Shown here: piece after piece, positions 54,601 to 64,000 of the stretch
Numbering within the stretch: position 1 is the stretch's first letter
Layout: the number at the start of each line of letters is the position of its first letter
Assembly: GCA_964016885.1 (NCBI GenBank)
Contig: OZ024740.1
Coordinates: 16,368,001 to 16,432,000, forward strand
DNA: 64,000 bases
Source of the DNA: Eledone cirrhosa
Taxonomy: Eukaryota
Direction: 5' to 3'
Program-made: the position numbers and the translations under genes
The notes under the pieces: model-generated
What the model saw: the letters and a program-made list of their open reading frames with translations, nothing else
Database searches by the model: none
Told to the model about the DNA's origin: nothing

Positions 54601-57600
54601 ATATGGTGGCTTCTGGACAGAGGTTTACAGGGAGACATTAGTGTAAATATGGTGGCTTCTGGACAAAGCTTTACAGGGAGACATCAGTGTAAATATGGTG
54701 GCATCTGGACAGAGGTTTACAGGGACACATCAGTGTAAATATGGTGGCTTCTAGACAGAGGTTTACAGGGAGACATCAGTGGTGTAAATATGGTGGCTTC
54801 TGTACAGAGGTTTACAGGGAGACATCAGTGTAAATATGGTGGCTTCTAGACAGAGATTTACAGGGACACAACAGTGTAAATATGGTGGCTTCTAGAGAGA
54901 GCTTTACAGGGAGATATCAGAGTAAATATGGTGGCTTCTGGACAGAGGTTTACAGGGAGACATCAGTGTAAATATGGTGGCATCTGGACAGAGGTTTACA
55001 GGGAGACATTAGTGTAAATATGGTGGCTTCTAGACAGAGCTTTACAGGGAGATATCAGAGTAAATATGGTGGCTTCTGGACAGAGGTTTACAGGGAGACA
55101 TCAGTGTAAATATGGTGGCATCTGGACAGAGGTTTACAAGGAGACATCAGTGTAAATATGGTGGCTTCTGGACAGAGATTTACAGGGAGATATCAGTATA
55201 AATATGGTGGCTTCTGGACAGAGGTTTATAGGGAGACATCAGTGTAAATATGGTGACTTCTGGACAGAGGTTTACAAGGAGACATCAGTGTAAATATGGT
55301 GTCTTCTGGACAGAGCTTTACAGGGAGACATTAGTGAAAATATGGTGGCTTCTGGACAGAACTTTACAAGGAGACATCAGTGTAAATATGGTGGCTTCTG
55401 GACAGAGCTTTACAGGGAGACATTAGTGTAAATATCGTGGGTTCTGGACAGAGGTTTACAGGGAGACATCAGTGTAAATGTGGTGGCATCTGGACAGAGG
55501 TTTAAAGGGACACATCAGTGTAAATATGATGGCTTCTGGACAGAGCTTTACAGGGAGACATTAGTGTAAATATCGTGGCTTCTGGACAGAGCTTTACAGG
55601 GAGACATCAGTGTAAATATGGTGGCATCTGGACAGAGGTTTAAAGGGACACATCAGTGTAAATATGATGGCTTCTAGACAGAGCTTTACAGGGAGACATC
55701 AGTGTAAATATGGTGGCTTCTAGACAGGTTTACAGGGAGACATCTGTGTAATTATGGTGGCTTCTGGACAGAGGTTTACAGGGAGACATCAGTGTAAATA
55801 TGGTTGCTTCTAGACAGTGGTTTACAGGGAGACATCAGTGTAAATATGGTGGCTTCTGGACAGAGGTTTACAGGGAGACATCAGTGTAAATATGGTTGCT
55901 TCTAGACAGAGGTTTACAGGGAGACATCAGTGTAAATATGTTGGCTTCTGGACAGAGGTTTACTGGGAGACATCAGTGTAAAAATGGTTGCTTCTAGACA
56001 GAGGTTTACAGGGAGACCTCAGTGTAAATATGGTGGCTTCTGGACAGAGCTTAACAGGGAGACATCAGTGTAAATATGGTGGCATCTGGACAGAGGTTTA
56101 CAGGGACACATCAGTGTAAATATGGTGGCTTCTGGACAGAGATTTACAGGGAGACATCAGTGTAAATATGGTGGCATCTGGACAGAGCTTTACATGGACA
56201 CATCAGTGTAAATATGGGGGCTTCTAGACAGAGCTTTACAGGGAGATATCAGAGTAAATATGGTGGCTTCTGGACAGAGGTTTACAGGTAGACATCAGTG
56301 TAAATATGGTGGCTTCTAGAGAGAGCTTTACAGGGAGATATCAGAGTAAATATGGTGGCTTCTTGACAGAGGTTTACAGGGAGACATCAGTGTAAATATG
56401 GTGGCTTCTAGACGGAGGTTTACAGGGAGCCATCAGTGTAAATTTGGTGGCTTCTGGACAGAGGTTTACAGGGAGACATTAGTGTAAGTATAGTGGCTTC
56501 AGGACAGAGCTTTACAGGGAGACATCAGTGTAAATATGTTGGCTTCTGGACAGAAGTTTACAGAGAGCATCATTGTAAATATGGTGACTTCTGGACAGAG
56601 GTTTACAGGGAGACATCAGTGTAAATATGGTGGGTTCTAGACAGAGGTTTACAGGGAGACATCTGTGTAAATATGGTGGCTTCTGGACAGAGTTTTACAG
56701 GGAGACATCAGTGTAAATGTGGTGGCTTCTAGATAGAGGTTTACAGGGAGACATCAGTGTAAATATGGTGGCTTCTAGACAGAGCTTTACAGGGAGATAT
56801 CAGAGTAAATATCGTGGCTTCTAGACAAAGCTTTACAGGGAGACATCAGTGTAAATATGGTGGCTTCTGGACAGAGGTTTACATGGAGATATCAGTGTAA
56901 ATATGGTTGCTTCTTGATAGAGCTTTACAGGGAGACATCAGTGTAAATATGGTGACTTCTGGACAGAGTTTTACAGAGAGACATCAGTGTAAATATGGTG
57001 GCTTCTGGACAGAAGTTTACAGAGAGTATCAGTGTAAATATGGTGACTTCTGGACAGAGGTTTACAGGGAGACATCAGTGTAAATATGGTTGGTTCTAGA
57101 CAGAGGTTTACAGGGAGACATCTGTGTAAATATGGTGGCTTCTGTACAGAGGTTTACAGGGAGACATCAGTGTAAATATGGTGGCTTCTAGACAGAGGTT
57201 TACTGGGAGACATCACTGTAAATATGGTGTCTTCTGGACAGAGCTTTACAGGGAGACATTAGTGTAAATATGGTGGCTTCTAGACAGAGCTATACAGGGA
57301 GATATCAGAGTAAATATGGTGGCTTATGGACAGAGGTTTACAGGGAGACATCAGTGTAAATATGGTGGCTTCTAGACAGAGGTTTACAGGGAGACATCAG
57401 TGTAAATATGGTGGCTTCTGGACAGAGGTTTACAGGGAGACATCAGTGTAAATGTGGTGGCATCTGGACAGAGGTTTACAATGAGACATCAGTGTAAATA
57501 TGGTGTCTTCTGGACAGAGCTTTACAGGGAGACATTAGTGTAAATATGGTCGCTTCTAGACAGAGCTTTACAGGGAGATATCAGAGTGAATATGGTGGCT

Positions 57601-60600
57601 TCTGGACAGAGGTTTACATGGAGATATCAGTGTAAATATGGTGGCTTCTGGACAGAGCTTTACAAGGAGACGTCACTGTAAATATGGTGGCTTCTAGACA
57701 GAGGTTTACAGGGAGACATCAGTGTAAATATGGTGGCTTCTAGACAGAGGTTTACAGGGAGACATCAGTGTAAATATGGTGGCTTCTAGACGGAGGTTTA
57801 CAGGGAGATATCCGTGTAAATATGGTGTCTTCTGGACAGAGGTTTACAGGGAGATATCAGTGTAAATATGGTGTCTTCTGGACAGAGCTTTACAGGGAGA
57901 TATCAGAGTAAATATGGTGGCTTCTGGACAGAGCTTTACAGGGAGACATCAGTGTAAATATAGTGGCTTCTGGAGAGAGGATTACAGGGAGACATCAGTG
58001 TAAATATGGCGGCTTCTAGACAGAGATTTACAGGGAGACATCAGAGTAAATATGGTGGCTTCTAGATAGAGGTTTACAGGGAGACAACAGTGTAAATATG
58101 GTGGCTTCTAGACAGAGATTTACAGGGCGACATCTGTGTAAATATGGTGGCTTCTGGACAGAGGTTTACAGGGAGATATCAGTATAAATATGGTGGCTTC
58201 TGGACAGAGGTTTATAGGGAGACATCAGTGTAAATATGGTGACTTCTGGACAGAGGTTTACAAGGAGACATCAGTGTAAATATGGTGTCTTCTGGACAGA
58301 GCTTTACAGGGAGGTATCAGAGTAAATATGGTGGCTTCTGGACAGAGGTTTACAGGGAGACATCAGTGTAAATATGGTGGCTTCTAGAGAGAGCTTTACA
58401 GGGAGATATCAGAGTAAATATGGTGGCTTCTTGACAGAGGTTTACAGGGAGACATCAGTGTAAATATGGTGGCATCTGGACAGAGGTTTAAAGGGACACA
58501 TCAGTGTAAATATGATGGCTTCTGGACAGAGCTTTACAGGGAGACATTAGTGTAAATATCGTGGCTTCTGGACAGAGCTTTACAGGGAGACATCAGTGTA
58601 AATATGGTGGCATCTGGACAGAGGTTTAAAGGGACACATCAGTGTAAATATGATGGCTTCTAGACAGAGCTTTACAGGGAGACATCAGTGTAAATATGGT
58701 GGCTTCTAGAGAGGTTTACAGGGAGACATCTGTGTAATTATGGTGGCTTCTGGACAGAGGTTTACAGGGAGACATCAGTGTAAATATGGTTGCTTCTAGA
58801 CAGAGGTTTACAGGGAGACATCAGTGTAAATATGGTGGCTTCTGGACAGAGGTTTACTGGGAGACATCAGTGTAAAAATGGTTGCTTCTAGACAGAGGTT
58901 TACAGGGAGACCTCAGTGTAAATATGGTGGCTTCTGGACAGAGCTTAACAGGGAGACATCAGTGTAAAGATGGTGGCATCTGGACAGAGGTTTACAGGGA
59001 CACATCAGTGTAAATATGGTGGCTTCTAGACAGAGCTTTACAGGGAGACATCAGTGGTGTAAATATGGTGGCTTCTGGACAGAGATTTACAGGGAGACAT
59101 CAGTGTAAATATGGTGGCATCTGGACAGAGCTTTACAGGGACACATCAGTGTAAATATGGGGGCTTCTAGACAGAGCTTTACAGGGAGATATCAGAGTAA
59201 ATATGGTGGGTTCTGGACAGAGGTTTACAGGGAGACATCAGTGTAAATATGGTCGCTTCTAGAGAGAGCTTTACAGGGAGATATCAGAGTAAATATGGTG
59301 GCTTCTTGACAGAGGTTTACAGGGAGACATCAGTGTAAATATGGTGGCTTCTAGACGGAGGTTTACAGGGAGCCATCAGTGTAAATTTGGTGGCTTCTGG
59401 ACAGAGGTTTACAGGGAGACATTAGTGTAAGTATGGTGGCTTCAGGACAGAGCTTTACAGGGAGACATCAGTGTAAATATGTTGGCTTCTGGACAGAAGT
59501 TTACAGAGAGCATCATTGTAAATATGGTGACTTCTGGACAGAGGTTTACAGGGAGACATCAGTGTAAATATGGTGGGTTCTAGACAGAGGTTTACAGGGA
59601 GACATCTGTGTAAATATGGTGGCTTCTGGACAGAGTTTTACAGGGAGACATCAGTGTAAATGTGGTGGCTTCTAGATAGAGGTTTACAGGGAGACATCAG
59701 TGTAAATATGGTGGCTTCTAGACAGAGCTTTACAGGGAGATATCAGAGTAAATATCGTGGCTTCTAGACAAAGCTATACAGGGAGACATCAGTGTAAATA
59801 TGGTGGCTTCTGGACAGAGGTTTACATGGAGATATCAGTGTAAATATGGTGGCTTCTTGATAGAGCTTTACAGGGAGACATCAGTGTAAATATGGTGACT
59901 TCTGGACAGAGTTTTACAGAGAGACATCAGTGTAAATATGGTGGCTTCTGGACAGAAGTTTACAGAGAGTATCAGTGTAAATATGGTGACTTCTGGACAG
60001 AGGTTTACAGGGAGACGTCAGTGTAAATATGGTTGGTTCTAGACAGAGGTTTACAGGGAGACATCTGTGTAAATATGGTGGCTTCTGTACAGAGGTTTAC
60101 AGGGAGACATCAGTGTAAATATGGTGGCTTCTAGACAGAGGTTTACTGGGAGACATCACTGTAAATATGGTGTCTTCTGGACAGAGCTTTACAGGGAGAC
60201 ATTAGTGTAAATATGGTGGCTTCTAGACAGAGCTATACAGGGAGATATCAGAGTAAATATGGTGGCTTATGGACAGAGGTTTACAGGGAGACATCAGTGT
60301 AAATATGGTGGCTTCTAGACGGAGGTTTACAGGGAGACATCAGTGTAAATATGGTGGCTTCTGGACAGAGGTTTACAGGGAGACATCAGTGTAAATGTGG
60401 TGGCATCTGGACAGAGGTTTACAATGAGACATCAGTGTAAATATGGTGTCTTCTGGACAGAGCTTTACAGGGAGACATTAGTGTAAATATGGTCGCTTCT
60501 AGACAGAGCTTTACAGGAAGATATCAGAGTGAATATGGTGGCTTCTGGACAGAGGTTTACATGGAGATATCAGTGTAAATATGGTGGCTTCTGGACAGAG

Positions 60601-63600
60601 CTTTACAAGGAGACATCACTGTAAATATGGTGGCTTCTAGACAGAGGTTTACAGGGAGACATCAGTGTAAATATGGTGGCTTCTAGACAGAGGTTTACAG
60701 GGAGACATCAGTGTAAATATGGTGGCTTCTAGACGGAGGTTTACAGGGAGATATCCGTGTAAATATGGTGTCTTCTGGACAGAGGTTTACAGGGAGATAT
60801 CAGTGTAAATATGGTGTCTTCTGGACAGAGCTTTACAGGGAGATATCAGAGTAAATATGGTGGCTTCTGGACAGAGCTTTACAGGGAGACATCAGTGTAA
60901 ATATAGTGGCTTCTGGAGAGAGGATTACAGGGAGACATCAGTGTAAATATGGTGGCTTCTAGACAGAGATTTACAGGGAGACATCAGAGTAAATATGGTG
61001 GCTTCTAGATAGAGGTTTACAGGGAGACAACAGTGTAAATATGGTGGCTTCTGGACAGAGGTTTACAGGGAGACATCTGTGTAAATATGGTGGCTTCTGG
61101 ACAGAGGTTTACAGGGAGATATCAGTGTAAATATGGTGGCTTCTAGACAGAGGTTTACTGGGAGACATCAGTTTAAATATGGTGGCTTCTAGACAAAGCT
61201 TTACTGGGAGACATCAGTGTAAATATGGTGGCTTCTAGACAGAGCTTTACAGGGAGACATCAGTGTAAATATGGTGGCTTCTGGACAGAGGTTTACAGGG
61301 AGATATCAGTGTAAATATGGTGGCAACTAGACAGAGCTTTGCTGGGAGACATCAGTGTAAATATGGGGTCTTCTGGACAGAGCTTTACAGGGAGACATTA
61401 GTGTAAATATGGTAGCTTCTAGTCAGAGCTTTACAGGGAGATATTAGAGTAAATATGGTGGCTTCTAGACAAAGCTTTACATGGAGACATCAGTGTAAAT
61501 ATGGTGGCTTCTAGACAGAGGTTTACTGGGAGACATCAGTGTAAATATGGTGGCATCTGGACAAAGGTTTACAGGGACAATCAGTGTAAATATGGTGGCT
61601 TCTTGACAGAGCTTTACAGGGAGATATCAGAGTAAATATGGTGGCTTCTAGACAGAGGTTTACAGGGAGACATCAGAGTAAATATGGTGGCTTCTAGACA
61701 GAGGTTTACAGGGAGACATCAGTGTAAATATGGTGGCTTCTGGATAGAGGTTTATAGGGAGATATCAGTGTTAATATGGTGGCTTCTGGACAGAGGTTTA
61801 CAGGGAGACATCAGTGTAAATCTGGTGGCATCTGGACAGAGGTTTACAGGGAGACATCAGTGTAAATATGGTGTCTTCTGGACTGAGCTTTACAGGGAGA
61901 CATTGGTGTAAATATGGTGGCTTCTAGTCAGAGCTGTACAGGGAGATATCAGAGTAAATATGGTGGCTTTTAGACAAAGCTTTACAGGAAGACATCAGTG
62001 TAAATATGGTGGCTTCTAGACAGAGGTTTACTGAGAGACATCAGTCTAAATATGGTGGCTTCTAGACAAAGTTTTACAGGGAGACATCAGTGTAAATATG
62101 GTGGCTTCTAGACAGAGCTTTACAGGGAGACATCAGTGTAAATATGGTGGCTTCTAGACAGAGCTTTACAGGGAAACATCAGTGTAGAAATGGTTGCTTC
62201 TGGACAGAGGTTTACAGGGAGACATCACTGTAAATATGGTGGCTTCTGGACAGAGGTTTACAGGGAGACATTAGTGTAAATATGGTGGCTTCTGGACAGA
62301 GGTTTATAGGGAGATATCAGTGTTAATATGGTGGCTTCTGGACAGAGGTTTACAGGGAGACATCAGTGTAAATGTGGTGGCATCTGGACAGAGGTTTACA
62401 GGGAGACATCAGTGTAAATATGGTGTCTTCTGGACAGAGCTTTACAGGGAGACATTAGTGTAAATATGGTGGCTTCTAGCGAGAGCTTTACAGGGAGATA
62501 TCAGAGTAAATATGGTGGCTTCTAGACAAAGCTTTACAGGGAGACATCACTGTAAATATGGTGGCTTCTAGACAGTGGTTTACTGGGAGACACCAGTGTA
62601 AATATGGTGGCTTCTAGACAAAGTTTTACAGGGAGACATCAGTGTAAATATGGTGGCTTCTAGACAGAGCTTTACAGGGAGACATCAGTGTAAATATGGT
62701 GGCTTCTGGACAGAGGTTTACAGGGAGATATCAATGTAAATATGGTGGCTTCTAGACAGAGCTTTGCAGGGAGACATCAGTGTAAATATGGTGGCTTCTG
62801 GACAGAGGTTTACAGGCAGACATCAGTGTAAATGTGGTGGCATCTGGACAGAGGTTTACAGGGAGACATCAGTGTAAATATGGTGTCTTCTGGACAGAGC
62901 TTTACAGGGAGACATTAGTGTAAATATGGTGGCTTCTAGTCAGAGCTTTACAGGGAGATATCAGAGTAAATATTGTCGCTTCTAGACAAAGCTTTACAGG
63001 GAGACATCAGTGTAAATATGGTGGCTTCTAGACAGAGGATTAATGGGAGACATCAGTGTAAATATGGTGGCATCTGGACAAAGGTTTACAGGGACACATC
63101 AGTGTAAATATGGTGGCTTCTTGACAGAGCTTTACAGGGAGATATCAGAGTAAATATGGTGGCTTCTAGACAGAGGTTTACTGGGAGACATCAGTGTAAA
63201 TATGGTGGCTTCTGGATTGAGGTTTACAGGGAGACATCAGTGTAAATATGGTGGATTCTGGACAGAGGTTTACAGGGAGACATCAGTGTAAATATGGTGG
63301 CTTCTGGACAGAGCTTTACAGGGAGATATCAGTGTAAATATGGTGGCTTCTGGACAGTGGTTTACAGGGAGACATCAGTGTAAATATGGTGGCTTCTGGA
63401 CAGAGGTATACAGGGAGACATCAGTGTAAATATGGTGGCTTCTAGACAGAGGTTTACAGGGAGACATCAGAGTAAATATGTTTGCTTCTAGACAGAGCTT
63501 TACAGGGAGATATCAGAGTAAATATGGTGGCTTCTAAACAAAGCTTTACAGAGAGACATCAGTGTAAATATGGTTGCTTCTAGACAGGTTTACTGGGAGA

Positions 63601-64000
63601 CATCAGTGTAAATATCGTGGCTTCTAGACAGAGCTTTACAGGGAGACATCAGTGTAAATATGGTGGCATCTGGACAGAGGTTTACAGGGACACATTAGTG
63701 TAAATATGGTGGCTTCTAGACAGAGCTTTACAGGGAGACATCAGTGGTGTAAATATGGTGGCTTCTGGACAGAGATTTACAGGGAGACATCAGTGTAAAT
63801 ATGGTGGCATCTGGACAGAGCTTTACAGGGACACATCAGAGTAAATATGGTGGCTTCTTGACAGAGCTTTACAGGGAGACATCAGTGTAAATATGGTGGC
63901 TTCTGGACAGAAGTTTACAGAGAGTATCAGTGTAAATATGGTGACTTCTGGACAGAGGTTTACAGGGAGACATCAGTGTAAATATGGTTGGTTCTAGACA
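41652..64000 (+). repeat. ~41-kb macro-repeat, copy B
   Basis: Collinear with 1-22906. Differs by roughly 16 scattered substitutions found by eye, five whole-monomer indels and one 2-monomer replacement. Confidence 0.95.

Larger units (their letters stand above)
1..64000 (+). repeat. Tandem satellite array, 46-bp monomer ATGGTGGCTTCTRGACAGAGSTTTACAGGGAGACATCAGTGTAAAT, about 1,390 head-to-tail copies, running off both window edges
   Basis: The monomer is readable on every line. Counted length is 46 nt (A13 C6 G15 T12 for the GG form). Most copies differ from the consensus by 0-4 substitutions, with occasional 43-49 bp length variants. No inversion or non-satellite insertion seen. Confidence 0.99.

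Noticed and set aside
10430-61911. The eleven 62-75 aa ORFs in the supplied track (MVASGQRFTGRHQCKYGGFW...)
   Set aside because: 46 mod 3 = 1, so each frame cycles through all three readings and meets the GTG-TAA stop every 138 bp. Longer ORFs appear only where a variant (GTGGAA, GTGTTA, GTGCAA or a 1-bp deletion) removes or bypasses that stop. No sign of coding constraint.
1-64000. CRISPR array or other repeat-spacer system
   Set aside because: There are no unique spacers. The entire 46 bp is repeated with only point variants, and there is no leader or cas gene.
1-64000. Telomeric repeats, G-quadruplex array or CENP-B box
   Set aside because: No TTAGGG-type units, only one GGG run per monomer, and no CpG-containing TTCG....A..CGGG box.
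41652-64000. 41-kb duplication as a simple assembly copy error
   Set aside because: The copies differ by structured, in-register monomer deletions and a conversion patch, so it is not a verbatim copy. A haplotype-concatenation artefact cannot be excluded without reads.
1-64000. Transposon, tRNA/snoRNA or tandem-gene origin of the monomer
   Set aside because: No terminal repeats, target-site duplications, Pol III A/B boxes or recognisable RNA fold. TGATG on the minus strand alone is not sufficient evidence.

Overview
The whole 64 kb window is one uninterrupted, head-to-tail tandem satellite array with a 46-bp monomer (consensus ATGGTGGCTTCT[G/A]GACAGAG[G/C]TTTACAGGGAGACATCAGTGTAAAT; about 1,390 copies; about 46% GC; no CpG in the consensus; all monomers in one orientation). 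I see no genes, RNA genes, transposon insertions, unique sequence or CRISPR spacers. The supplied ORFs are read-through artefacts of the repeat. The signal is in the monomer variants, which act as barcodes and show a nested duplication history: 2- and 3-monomer tandem duplications, a 17-monomer block, several 2.5-4.1 kb tandem duplications, and one very recent ~41-kb duplication (1-22906 recurs at 41652-64000 at roughly 99.9% identity by eye). Comparing the two 41-kb copies shows five whole-monomer indels, all of which polarise as deletions, and an in-register 2-monomer conversion patch; an older 3-monomer conversion patch is shared by both copies. It looks like a eukaryotic (peri)centromeric or subtelomeric satellite, but neither organism nor function can be established from the sequence alone, and I cannot name the family.
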